DNA from: Octopus sinensis
Taxonomy: Eukaryota
DNA length: 64,000 bases
Direction of reading: 5' to 3'
Assembly: GCF_006345805.1 (NCBI RefSeq)
Contig: NW_021832840.1
Span: 31,693 to 95,692, forward strand
Shown here: piece after piece, positions 51,760 through 63,960 of the stretch
How the letters are laid out: each line of letters begins with the position of its first letter
Position numbering within the stretch: position 1 is the stretch's first letter
The notes under the pieces: model-generated
Databases searched by the model: none
What the model was told of the DNA's origin: nothing
What the model saw: the letters and a program-made list of their open reading frames with translations, nothing else
Translations under genes and position numbers: made by a program

Positions 51760-52040
51760 AGAACTTTCTATCAAAAAATAAGGTAAAATTCAATGAATAA
51801 AGATAAATGAGAAGATTTCAAATAAACGATATAAACAGATTGAAAGAATAAACTCGCAAATATTAAAAATGATGAAATTTCAGATAATTTATTAATTAAA
51901 AGAAACTACATCGCAAAATATTCCTTCTAATCCAATTAAATAAAAAATAAAGATTGACCAAATAATGTAACAGGACAACAAGGTATGTCAAAAGAATCCT
52001 CACACGTGCCACAATTTATTAGGTTTTCAATTAATAATTG
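51760..52040 (-). repeat. Copy of the dispersed AT-rich repeat
   Basis: Aligns to 22540-22700 (gatgaa.tttcagataattt...acatc.caaa.tattcctt...cacgtg). Confidence 0.55.
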
Positions 52041-52309
52041 GGTAACTAAAAATTAAGATAATTTTAATTAAAACACAATTCTACCTAGTAGCTTATAAAC
52101 AGTGTAAATACCAGAGGGGATATCTCAATGATGGCAAATTGTGAAACAGACTTGCGAGCAGATTTTGCAGATTCGAGAAGATTGTTTCCTTGAAACTTTC
52201 GCTCCAGTAGATTTTCGAGCAGTTTGTTCAGTTCTGGCCATGTTTTTTTTTATTTCAGACAGAACCGATTCAGACGAGTTATTTTTGTTTTATATAGTTA
52301 AACAACATT

Positions 52310-54130
52310 GTGAATGAATGAATGAATTTAGTTTATTGTAATTAACAGAGAAAGAGAAAGTGACAGGAATTGAGGACGGTGATAGGACGAGACTGATGCC
52401 AAGGCAACTGAACTCTTCTGAGCTTGCGTCCAATTCATCTGTCGTAAGCCAGAGTTAATAAAGTAGGTTCATTAATTTTTGACGAGTGCAGAGAGTTTCC
52501 GATCGATAAACAGGTCGGTCACCTGAGTTCTTTTCCGGAAGATCGGATAGATTTCTCAATGACCTGTCGTATCTCCGAGGATCTGGTCTCCGCCCAGCTT
52601 GGGACGGGACCTCGCGGGTCAAGCCTGTAACGTTGAGCGACAACTCGTCTACAGGCGAGTTGTCGCCTAACTCGCCTAAATTTATTTGGCGACAACTCGT
52701 CTACGAAGAAAAATATTTTAAGGGTAAATAAAATAAAATTTTAAAACAAGTACTTTTTATTCTGAACTTTTAAAGCAAATCAACCATCAATTAGCTTAAA
52801 ATAGCAATCTACTTCAAATTCATGAAAATTTTCACATGCTATTCTCAGTTCAAGTTCCTTTTTGCAGTCTATCGCAGACACTCCATTCCTGTCGCATCAA
52901 GAAAAAATTTTTCAAATTTCAATAAAACATTTTCCACAGTGATGAAAGCTAAATGGTAGCATTTCCTCAATAATTTTCGTTCCCACGATGAAACGTCTTT
53001 GTAGGCTCCCACAAGACCAAGACATTGTATTTTCCGCCATATCATTTGGCCGAAATGGAAATTGCAGCCAAATACATTAGACGACGAAAAAACTGATTTT
53101 GTGGAGTTAATTAACCCCTTTTCAAAATCAATTAAAATAATTGCTGGTGAAGTAACAACAAGTGTCTTTATTTCTTCAAATAATGCACAGTAGGCATTTT
53201 CTGTATCGCAAACTTTCAGGAATTTTAGGAATGGTCGGAACAAAATTTGGTATCAGTGTTTCTCTTTCCCGTTGAACGAGACGAGTCAATGAACGTTCCT
53301 TTGGCAATATTTTAATGACGTCAACATTGGCTCCAATGAGGCTTCTTGACACCACATTCATAGTTCTGTCTTCTGACGCCTTTGCGGCATCTTTCAGGTC
53401 AGAAAATAGTTTCATGCTTTTTATCTCATGATCCTCAAAGGGGCCATGGTTATGAGCATTTTTTGTGCTCAACTTGTTTTGAGCATCCACCGTGCACCTC
53501 GCCCTGCATTCTCGATTTCTGCACCTCCAATAGGTAAGACCGTCTTTTTTTCTATTTGTATTATACAAATAGTTCCGGTGTAGTAAAAGTTTGCCATTTC
53601 TTTGGCTTTTAAGCAGTTCAAAGTCAGTCATAATAAAGATTAAAGTAAAAAAATTGTTGAAATTTTAATTAATTAGATTTAATCTGGTAAAAATAAAATT
53701 TTTTATTTATTTTAAGTAGGCGAGTTGTCGCCAAATAAATTTAGGCGAGTTAGGCGACAACTCGTCTATAGGCGAGTTGTCGCATAGCCATTTTCTCGCA
53801 TTTCCCGCAAATTTTCTCGAGATCTTTCGAGTAGTACCATGCTTCCATTCCGTACAGCAAGCTGGGTAGGATGGTTGCATGGAACACGAAGAGGAATGTC
53901 TTAGGATCCAGATGCATGCTTCTTAAGAGGCGGAGAGCCGCAATGGCTTTCGCTCTCTTTTTCTTGACATGCAGACGGTAGCCCGAGTTAGCGTCGATTG
54001 TAAGCCCCAGGTAGCGTATGCAACTGGGGCGCATAATTTCGGTTAGGGGCCCAGAGCTCTGATCTGATGATTTTTCGAGTTGATTTGTAGGAAAGCGGAT
54101 TTATCCATTGCTAACGAGAGCTGTTTGCTG
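52310..54130 (-). mobile_element. L2/CR1-like LINE 3' end interrupted by a MULE
   Basis: IRYLGLTID...FHATILPSLLYGMEAW at 53790-54034; (ATTC)n tail at about 52312-52328. Confidence 0.65.
52637..53789 (-). mobile_element. Mutator-like (MULE) element with FLYWCH domain and long TIRs
   Basis: FLYWCH: YLYNTNRKKDGLTYWRCRNRECRAR...HNH. MULE domain: ILIDFEKGLINS...GCNFHFGQMIWRK. TIRs of about 70 bp. Confidence 0.88.
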
Positions 54131-54149
54131 GCGCATTACTCCTTTATTA

Positions 54150-54686
54150 CCTCAATGTAGGTGAAAAGCCTCTTTTCTGAGGTCAAGGGAGAGGATGATA
54201 CATATGAGTTATCTGAGGAGGAGGAAAAAGAGCTCAAATTTCTACCAGATATATTAATAGATGAAGAAATGATGAGCGAATGTGAGCAAGAAACCAGTTT
54301 TATTACCAAGCAATTGAATGAAATAAACGTGGATGAAGAAACACCTATTATATCCACCCGCTCTCTATCACATTCAACCAAAAGAAAATACTTAGAAACA
54401 GAAGATAACTGTTTGCTAAAGACGAAATATAATGCAGTTACTGAAAGTTCATAAGAAGTGAGAGAAGAAAAATCGACAATGAAGATGATAAAAAACATCA
54501 TCTTTGATGAAATTGAAAACTGGATAAAGCTTTTGCAAGTTCAATCAATCAATTAAGTTTATTGTAATAATGAGTAAAAATAACCAAACAAACACAGAAG
54601 GTAAGCAGACCGGTAAATTTTTATACGATTTTTGGAACAACCTTTGTTTTGGAACAATTAATGTTCCAAACGAAGGTTAGACTGTA
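54150..54686 (+). mobile_element. Probable pogo/Tigger 3' end (acidic tail plus right TIR)
   Basis: Acidic ORF followed by gttccaaacgaaggttagactg-TA, a CAGT-type TIR. Confidence 0.4.
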
Positions 54687-55149
54687 ACAATAAATTACCA
54701 CAATAATGTCTTGCAATTCATGTCTGGCATTCCCTCTAGTCAAACAAAATTGGAAATAACTGTTGATGGCAGTAACGCTCTCCTCAATCAATTCTATCCA
54801 TTACTATGTACGTCCAGTCGTACTCCCGCACTTGTTTCAGTTTGTTGCAGACATGATTCAGGAGAGCCTTTCTATACTGCACATAACAAAGTTTCTTATA
54901 TTCCAGAAAGTCGTGTAAATTCATTATTTTCGAATCACCCTATATGTAAGTCAGTTTATAGAATTAATTTATAAAAGTGAAATTGCCACAACCATGAACT
55001 GAAAGATAAAATATTTAATCATTCAGTTAAGATATAATCAATAAAATCCAAAGTATCCGTCAACACGGAAAAGATTCTCATGGAATCATTATGGTAGGAT
55101 TTTCAACAGTCATGTCGGTCTCTGAATATTAGTATTACCAGCAAATACA

Positions 55150-55570
55150 GGTTTCGAAGTCCTCAAAGTAGAAAGTAAAGATTAAAAATCGGCAGTTCTG
55201 GATTAGGCTGATCGATTCTGCACACACCCAAATCCACCAACAACTGGGCAACCCAGGGCGAGGGAGGGACGTCGAAGTTGTTCAGAGACACGCAGGAAAA
55301 TATTCTGAAAAGACCGAGAAGAGTCTTGAAATAGCAATAAATAAATAGTTGGATTGTGTCAGAACACGACATTGTTCCCTCGTGCTCAGTGCCTTTCTCA
55401 TTTATTAAATTGGTCTATCGGTTGAAAAGAAGGGATACTATCGACAATATCAACGTGGAATATAGTTCTTCCTGATCGGCCAACTCTTTCTTAGCAATTT
55501 CTATTTTGCTGTCGAAGGATGATTCATTGAGGGAGTTGTAGAGTGACTCAAACCTCAAATGGTCGTCGGC
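55150..55570 (-). pseudogene. Spliced host-gene fragment, weakly INTS3-like
   Basis: 24-nt intron gtatcccttcttttcaaccgatag. QEELYSTLILSI and FLRVSEQLRR..WVAQLLVDLGV resemble INTS3 QHEEICLGLFTLIL and YLKLQDTCRTQLVWLVRELVKSGV; a frameshift is needed. Confidence 0.3.
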
Positions 55571-55789
55571 ATGTCAAAATTAATATTAAAATATTATTAC
55601 ATTTTATATTCAGAATTTGAAATATTTATGAAATCCAGTTTTTGTTTAATGTGAAAATTCAGTTGATTGTTCGTATGTGTATCATCATCTACATCCGACA
55701 TAACCCGATCTTATTAACAAATTTAAATACTTTAAAAAATATACCATTATTTTATTACTGTTAAAGCATTTAACAGTGCTTGCACGGTG

Positions 55790-56045
55790 TTAGTCGCACG
55801 GTGTTAGTCGGTATAATGAATAACCGAAAATCAAAACAACGATACCTCCCAAACGGGGTCCCACAAGGATTCTCCTTATAACCAATCCTGTTCAATTTAT
55901 TTACAAGAGATCTCCCAAATCCAAACGACGAAGATACAATCCTTTTATCATACGCTGACAATCTAATTATTGCAGCAAAACATCAAGATTACAAAGAAGC
56001 CACGTGGAAAGTTCAGGAGACGATTAACCGTATGAAGCCATGGTT
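55790..56045 (+). mobile_element. LINE RT fragment
   Basis: LPNGVPQGFSLXPILFNLF...SYADNL. Confidence 0.8.
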
Positions 56046-56190
56046 TCCCTCCTCTTCCGTGTAATCTCATATCTGATAACATTTTTGAATTCAGCGTCCA
56101 AAAATAATATAAAATTTGAAAAAATGGCCAAAATCCCAGAATAAATTTCGACTTTTTTTGACTACATAGGGGGAGGTTAAATTTGAAAAG
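56046..56190 (+). repeat. Near-identical duplicate of 59821-59962
   Basis: Starts tccctcctcttccgtgt, then about 125 bp nearly identical. Confidence 0.9.
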
Positions 56191-56524
56191 CTTTTTGAGC
56201 GTTTTTGGTTGCAAGCGGGATCTGAACTTTACATATTTCTGACTAAAAATGAGTCTTTATTTCCCGACAAAACACCCCCGAGATCCCCACGTGTGTAGAT
56301 CCAATCGACCTGATTTTTTCAGACATAAGTTTAAATATGATAGTAAATTGTATTAGCCTGTTCAACCTTTTTTGGACCTTTGTCCATGCCAAATCAAAGC
56401 CTTTTTGATAAACACGTGTTTCAATAAATATAAAGGAAATTGTTCGAATATGTATTTAAAATTGACTATTTAATGTCAGGACATGAAAATAGCACGATAA
56501 AAAAGCTCGTATTTATTGAAAATT

Positions 56525-57355
56525 TCATAGATCATGTGAAGAAAAAGTTTGACGTTTTTTCTGTCTTCTGTTTCCAAACCACCTTCCGGACTACAGATTC
56601 TGGCAAGTCAGTTTTTGCTACAATCTTCCCGATTCTTCTTTGTTTGGCTGAACGATGACTGAAAAAATATTTTCGAGGTATTCTATGGTTTTGTTATCAA
56701 AACATGTTCGTTTCTTTCTGGCTTTCGGGAGCGAATTCAATTGGGACTTGGAAATTGGGTTTTTCTTCAGAGATTCTAGAACAATCAAAAAAGAATCTTT
56801 TAGATTTTCCATTGCAGTAGTTGGGAGTTTACCCAACTCAAATCTGCATATAGTCGTTTGACACACGGGGAACCCGCCTCTCTTCATTATAATGGCCATC
56901 TCGGACTGTGAGTAACCAAAGTTCATTCTTTTAGCCTTGAAATAGTTTCCTAATTCTACCAAAGACTTTCTTTGAAGCATGTCGTCATTTACTGTTGCCT
57001 GTTCAGTAAATAGATGAGGCACATTGTCTTCCTTGTAATTATTGGAAATGGCAAGACTCAAATCGTTGACATCAGGCTGGTACAAAGTCACAGGAATTTG
57101 CTGACGAGCAATTTCATATTGGATGAAAGGCTGATTGTAATCTGAATAAGGGTTATCGAAAATTCGATAATCCTGTATGAAATCATATGAATTCATCTGG
57201 TAATGGTTTAAAAACAAATCATTGTCGGGAATCTGGTACATAGGTTGAAATGTCATGTTATCTGGAAATCTCCTTAAATTTTGGTGGTCAAAAGAATTTA
57301 AAAAAAAATCTTCATAAGGATTGCAGGCAAAAAATGTGTTATTGTAATCATTCAT
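56525..57355 (-). CDS. Divergent POU-domain homeobox gene; homeodomain needs two frameshifts
   Basis: POU-specific: ELGNYFKAKRMNFGYSQSEM...QTTICRFE...MENLK. Homeodomain: RKKRTCF...LENIF..., then in shifted frames IGKIVAKTDLPESVVR and WFGNRRQKKR. Confidence 0.8.
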
Positions 57356-57699
57356 GTTATAATTCCGATTGAAATAAAAAATGACGTCGTTTGTATTAAG
57401 TATGATAACCCCGCCGATCAGGTCAACGTGATATAAGAATTGCGTGGAATGAAATTAAATATAACCTGTACCTTTGAATAACCCAGAAAAAATTTTATGA
57501 TCGGTTTTAATAGAACTGACTAGACAAAAATTTAATCTAGTTTAGGATTGATAATTTTTTATTATAAATTATCATAATCATAATTTTTGATTCTAATGAA
57601 TATTTTAATTAAAGCAAAACAGCGTTCATCGATTTTTTAAGATAATGTTTATGATATATATGTGACCCTCAATTGCACAATGTCTGATATAACACAAGC

Positions 57700-58320
57700 A
57701 ATCATACGAACTATCTATTATGTCTTTCAATGTAAGAGGCCTTAAATCGACTTGGAAAAAACATGCACTATGTGAGGACATGAAGAAATACAGGATCTCG
57801 GTTGGATGTCTACAAGAAACCAAAGTGAAACTCGGGGATGACCAAGTCTATGGGGACTATCGCCTTATTCTGCTGCCCTCTATGGCCAAGGCTTTGTGAC
57901 ACACAAACACTTATCTACTTGTATTCATGAGGGTTATCGATATGGCCGTGGGTACAGGAACCTTCCGGGCACTCTTCTGGCTCATCTCTGTGAGACCTTT
58001 TCACTATTTTTGTGTAACAAGGCTTTCTGCCACGCTGCACGACATCGGACCACATGGACTGGAAGTAGAACAAATGGGATCGGTGAAACTACATCAATTT
58101 ACAACCAAATCGATTATATTCTTTGTCGACAGGCCGATAAGGCTGCCTTATTCGACTCCCGATCATATGGAGGATCTCGGGTTGACAGTGATCATAAAAT
58201 GGTCGTTGGATGTTTCAACATCAACATACACCATGCGCCCCTCGACGCGCAAAGACTCCCATCTGCTACAAGGAAAGATATCTCACGGAAAAACTGTTGC
58301 ACTCCTCCCTCACTCGGGAA
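57700..58320 (+). mobile_element. RTE-like AP-endonuclease remnant
   Basis: NVRGL, VGCLQETK, TTWTG...YNQIDYILCR...SYGG..VDSDHKMVV. Confidence 0.85.
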
Positions 58321-58484
58321 AACTAACAAAAATCATTGGAGAGCTATATCTCTTGTATAGGACCGGGTCTTCCTCGAAGAACACATGGGAGTCCATTATG
58401 AATGGTATCCATACGGCTGCTGACGAGTACATCGGGAAGCAACCAAATAACAATCACTCCTTTCCCGATATCTCGAGTCAGCCA

Positions 58485-59070
58485 CCTCAATACCTCATGT
58501 CGGGATACGTCCACGTATATTTTCTGTGTCAGGAGGGACGCCGCGGCCAACACGGGTGACGACACTGAGGACACTGTGGCTGCCACCAGGGCTCCGATTC
58601 CGAAGAACTTCACGGCCGGGGGAGTCAGGTAGGCTATCGTCAGGGGGAGGACGAAAAAATCAAAAATCATGATTATTAACTGCATCACATCAGTGTAGGC
58701 GACCGCGTAGATGCCCCCAAAAATAGTATAAAAAACAGTCGAAAACGCAGCAATCACCACAGAAACCACTTGGTTCATCCCAGTGATAATTTTTAGTGAC
58801 GATGCTGTATTCCTGAGGTCAAAAACAATCAACCGAGGAGGACCGCCGAACTCCACAGTAACTCGCCCAACAAAGCTGGCAGAGTCAGAAGAGCACTTAA
58901 AAGACTTAGCCGATGGGTGCCTGTACCCAGACGAGTTCTCGGTCACTTCGGAATATTTGCTCGGCCGTCCCACTGAGGTAGGCACCCAAGTTGCTAATGT
59001 GAGGAAAGAGACATGCCTGTCATTGTAAATGTCCCGACGAAGAATCAGATGTGTCGTGTATGGGATGATC
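58485..59070 (-). pseudogene. SLC5A7: High-affinity choline transporter pseudogene
   Basis: FFVGTFTMT|ATWV, SGTAEQ...WVQAPIG*, FYTIFGGIYAVAYTDVMQL, FGIGALVAATVSSVSSPVLAAASLLTQKIY. Stops, a frameshift, a large internal deletion and a 23-nt GC-AG intron. Confidence 0.8.
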
Positions 59071-59748
59071 GGTTCTTTGTTACTGCAGGATATGGCAAAC
59101 TGTGTGGGATGCCCATGATGCAGTGTGTATCCGTGTCCTTGATTTGGACCTCGAGGAATAAGATTTTGTGCGGAATGTTGTCCATTGTGATGAAACTTTA
59201 AGTAAACTCGTCGTTTCCTGTGCGGACAAACTTTTTATGTTTCGATTTGAGACGAAAAAAAATATTTGAGTTGTTTGTAAAAGCCGGAGACACCGTGAGA
59301 GTCCGTGGATTTGGTGGGGATTGCACCCCAGTACTCCTCTTGGTCGAGATGGGGGAGGGGATATTCTCTCAGGGATTAAGTTAGTCAGTTCTATTTATTC
59401 TAATGATGCACAAAATCATTTCTTTCTTTACTGTCTCTCTCTATTGGCAAAACATATGAATGGGAGTGCTGAGGGTGTTTAATAATAAGCATGCATGTGT
59501 TAATGATATCGACACAGAGCATTGATATGAATAGGGTCGTTATAATTGGCTAGTATTGATTGTCGTACTGTCAGTAATAAGGGTGACCAGAGTGTGTGTC
59601 ACTGGGCGGGGACACTACTGTGGGCGACAGATTGCCAAGACTGCCTGGAATATCTCAAATGATGTGAATTAATGAGATAAATCTAATTAGAGAAATCAAT
59701 TATAATTAATTGGCCCACTATACAACCATCAACTCCCACAACACAGGA

Positions 59749-59835
59749 ATGGCAAGAGAAGACTCGTATGACAACATGTTCAAAATACTGATTGTGGGGA
59801 ATAGCAACACAGGCAAGACCTCCCTCCTCTTCCGT
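59749..59835 (+). CDS. Rab GTPase (Rab3-like) first exon only
   Basis: MAREDSYDNMFKILIVGNSNTGKTSLLFR followed by GT; compare Rab3 [23 protein letters not shown]. No WDTAGQE exon seen downstream in the window. Confidence 0.75.
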
Positions 59836-60339
59836 GTGTTTCATATCTGATAACATTTTTGAATTCAGCGTCCAAAAATAATATAAAATTTGAAAAAATG
59901 GCCAAAATCCCAGAATAAATTTCGACTTTTTTTGACTACATAGGGGGAGGTTAATTTGAAAGGTTACTAAACCAGGTAGTTTTATACATCTACATAAACT
60001 TATAGTTGTTTGATGAACAGGCCCTCCGCAGGAGCTAGGTCGCGGTGAGCGAAGCGAGCTGCCGAGAGTCTCTTCTATAAATGAAACACCATTTAAAAAA
60101 CTAAGAGGAGTTTCTGGTATAAACACCGTCATTCATGATGATAAAAGTTTTTTTAATTTTTTTAATGTCAAAGAAAGTGAGTGTTCGGATGATTTTTATC
60201 ATGTATCATCAGAGGATATGGATGTAGAAAATATTTTAGATGTTTCAGGTAAATTTTGAATAACATATGCTAGACAACTTGGATGCTAGTGATTTTATAT
60301 TGAATTTTTCCACCTAATTTAAATTCACCATATTTAAAC

Positions 60340-60540
60340 GCATGAATAAAAAAATGAATGTTCATCAATAGAAATACGATTTTTCAATTGGGAGCGGAGT
60401 ATTTTTAGTGAATAATTGTTAGGTTAGAATTCTAAAGGATTTTGGGACAAATCCTTCCCTAAGGTTAAACCGATTTGAATCCCCATATGGAGAACCTGCT
60501 GAAGTTGTTCAAATTTTGTCAAACAATCGACTAGAGGTCT
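60340..60540 (+). mobile_element. Ginger integrase C-terminal fragment with 24-nt intron
   Basis: FSIGSG|VRILKDFGTNP after splicing 60399-60422; resembles IGSGDSVLIRGDFNTNP at about 51020. Confidence 0.55.
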
Positions 60541-60549
60541 ATTTTATTA

Positions 60550-61030
60550 TGTCGCGTCCCATGGTGGTTACGCATCCCATGCTGGCTACATGTCACCTGT
60601 CAATCAATCATTTTTACGAGGTCATTGGCTGTCAGATGTCATAATTAATGTGGTTTAATCATTCGTTACTCGTGTGGGCATATTTAATATTTTTAGCGTA
60701 TTATTCAATTTTCAACATGTCCTCTTTAAAATGTATTCCCCTGTATATGTAATAATAGGTTTTGTAAAAAATATCTCAGAATATCATACTATAGTCAATA
60801 TTTTAAATGGCCAACCTGTACAGACATCTTCAAGACAAATAAAATATAAATTAACTAAAAAATCCACTAAATTTATTGTCATTGATGACTGCTTATACCT
60901 CAAAGACGAAAGATTTCAAAAGCACAAATTTGCATGGATAATGAGAGTGAGATGCAAACTATTGCAGATTCTATTCACCGGAATAGGCATTCTGGAATTC
61001 GGCCTTTTTCCTTTTCTGAGTGACGTGCAG
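60550..61030 (+). mobile_element. Ginger-like 5' end
   Basis: TGTCGCGTCCCATG...ATCCCATGCTGGC end related to the 23340 TIR; EYHTIVNIL...KYKLTKKSTKFIVIDDCLY N-terminus. Confidence 0.6.
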
Positions 61031-61056
61031 TAAGTACTCCGAGTTAGCGTCTACCG

Positions 61057-63110
61057 TCAAGCCCAGATAGCGAATATGGCTTGTGCGGGAAGTCCTCTGA
61101 GAATCTTAGGTTCTTGCCTCGGTTTGCGCCGTGAGTTAATTTCAAGGTACGCCGACTTGTCCATAGCAATGGACAGTTGTTTACCCTGACACCAGGTCTC
61201 TATCATTCCGATGTAGCTGGAGAGACGGTGCTCGGAGAGTGCAGGGCTTTTTGAAATATCCATAATGAGGACGTCATCTGCATACAAGAGAAAAGTTGTC
61301 CGCGGATTGGGAAAGGAAGGAAAGCTGCTCATCACAAGGTTGAACAGCAGCGGGCTGAGACTGGATCCCTGCGGGACACCCCTTCGGAGATGAATATCTC
61401 TGGAGTGGAAGCCCGATTGGGACACAAAGGAGATACGGTTTGAAAGAAAGCAGTTCAGCCAGAGAAATGCCTCTCTCGTTGGCTCACATCCGCGGACCAC
61501 GTCCAATAGGTCAGAGTGGGATACGCTGTCGAATGCCTTAGAAATGTCAAGGCAGATGCAGGATAAAGTTTCGTTGAACTCGATTGCTTTCAAAGCCATC
61601 GATTGGAGAATCAGAAAACAATCGCCGCAGCTGCCCCTGAGCGGAAACCCCACTGCTGGGGCAGAAGCACGCTTTTCTGCTCTGCGAAGGAGTCGAGGCG
61701 TTTGGTCATAATTTTCCATAAGCCTCGAGATCGTTGGTATTAGACTTATGGGTCGGTAGCTGCTGGCCAGGTTAGCTGGTTTTGCAGGTTTCTTGATCAT
61801 CCGGATTTCGGCGACTTTCCAGGCACTTGGAACGTGGCTCCAGCGAAGACTAGCCGAGAAGAGGCGTGCCAAAAACTCAGACAGTTCCGGAGGGCCTTCT
61901 TTGAACATTTTCATTGGTAGCATGTCATGCCCCGGTGCGTTGTCCCTCGCCGAGAGGATGGCCCAGGTCACCTCAGCGGCGGTGATTGGGTGATGGTCAA
62001 CAGATAGGGAGTCTGCTTGGTCTATAGGACTGGCATGTGAGTTTCCCCAGCGATCCTCATGGTCCGGCAGAGGACGGTCCAGGTGATCAGCAAATATGTT
62101 GGGGATTTCCTCCACCGACGCAGGCATTCCAGCTGAGTTCGATAGTTCTGGTGCCGGAGAGTTCACGAGATGATTAGAGAGTCTGTGTGAGGCTATCCAG
62201 AAGTTTGGGTTCCTGTGATTAAGACCAGAGCAGGCCTTCTTCCACATCCTCTCAAGATCTTTCTTTCTTGTGAGTTCAATTTTGTGGTTGAGCAGAGAGA
62301 TTTCCGACCTTAGGGTACCTTGGTCCGTTGGGTCGGCACAGCGTTTGAGCTTGTTTCGCAGGCGTTTCTTTTCGCCCAGAAGTTGGAGAGAGTTGGGGTT
62401 TGATGTGTAATGCCCTTGCTAGTTGGGCGCACCCTCCTAGCGTGGGCTTCCAAGTAGAGTCGCATGAAGTCCGTCAATTCGGCGCCCGAGTTGTCGATGT
62501 CCGAGGTAGATTGATAGCTGCCTGGGCGTACGTTGTTGCGAAAGAACAAGTTCAGAGCATAACGGTAGTGCGCCCAGTTGATGTTCGAAAGGGTGTATCG
62601 TGGTGGGCAACGGATTTGGGTGTCTACCGAGACGTGGACACAGACCTGCATTGGCAGGTGGTCGCTCCCAATATCGTCGAGTACTATTGGTTCTCCCATA
62701 AGATTCGCGACTGATTGAGAACTCAGTGCTACGCAAAGGTTGTCCCAGCCGAATGGGGAGCGGTGGTTCCGGGCTTTCGAGGTGCGGACACAGACGTCTA
62801 GCCTACCTGCCGCTCTTTCAAGTAACCGGCCGTCCCGATTGGTCACGCGACAACCAAATGCCGTGTGTTTGGAGTTTAGATCACCGATGAGGAGGCAATG
62901 ATTTGAGCTGACAAAGAAGTCTTCGATAAGACCGATGCATGGAGCAAGGTTTTTGCAATATATTCCGCCAACTTTTAACCAAAAGCGCTGGGTTTTAATC
63001 TCTAGCGAGATAAATTCGCATAGGTTCCGTTCGATAGTCTTGAGGTTACGTGTCTTGAGATTTTGTAAATACCCAGGCTTGTATTTGGGATTAAATATAT
63101 TCGATAACAA
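61057..63110 (-). mobile_element. LINE ORF2: AP endonuclease plus RT
   Basis: LIGDLNSKH, GSDHLP, APGHD, YRPISL, DISKAFDSV, GVPQGSSLSPLLFN, YADDV; frameshifts. Confidence 0.92.
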
Positions 63111-63299
63111 AAATTAAAATCGATGCCAAAGCAGAATGAGCTTTAAAACCGATTTCATAAATAAAAATAATATTTTAAAATTTATAATTGATATTTTAGA
63201 ATAATGAGAAAAAATCTAAATGCTTCATAATTTATAAAAATGTCAAAACAAAAATCTTCTGAAGGAGCAAGCCTGTCTGCACAGTTCATTTTTGATTAG

Positions 63300-63584
63300 A
63301 AAACCTAATTTTAGAGATTAAAACGAAAAAATAGCAATGAGATCTGTCAAATTATTACCCCCCTCACAACCTAAACCAAATTAGCGTTCAGTATTCATTG
63401 ATTTTACTTTTTCTATTAAGGTCTACTTATAAATTATTTTATGGGATTCAATGGAAAACTTAAGTTATTTCAATTTTAAATCATGTTAAAATTTTAAATA
63501 ATTTAATAAATATATTTGTTGATGATAGGCTTGTTAGGTGTCAAAGTCGCGTCTAGCGCTCGGTCGCGCGCTGCGCTCGCGACA
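63300..63584 (-). mobile_element. Ginger-like terminal fragment
   Basis: Reverse complement of 38001-38285; ends ...CGCGACA. Confidence 0.65.
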
Positions 63585-63585
63585 T

Positions 63586-63960
63586 ATTCCATCCAAGTTA
63601 ATAGTTCGGTGTCAATAACAGAATAAGTTAAGTTAGATAATCTCTTCTTATTGGAGAAAATAGGATCAGTAGACATTATTTTCTCTTTTCCAAGTCTTAA
63701 ATCGTTCACAGCCCTTCGAGATATTTTTTTCTTCAAAACAGAAGAAAAAAAGTAAGCTATACGGTCCATCGTGAGACTTTTGTTCTCCTCCATGTACGCA
63801 ATAATCCGACGTTTTTCAGTAAAAGACAATCTTGTGCACTTACGCATGTTAAATTTAGCGTGGTTGAAATATTTTATATAAAAAATAGTTTAACAAAAAA
63901 AATATTTTTAAAAATTAATGGCGAGATTTAGAAAATGGCGAGCAATAGAATATTTATCAA
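63586..63960 (-). mobile_element. pogo/Tigger (CENP-B HTH) N-terminus
   Basis: RLSFTEKRRIIAY...IDTELLTWME; tggcgag subterminal repeats as in the 27095 element. Confidence 0.75.
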
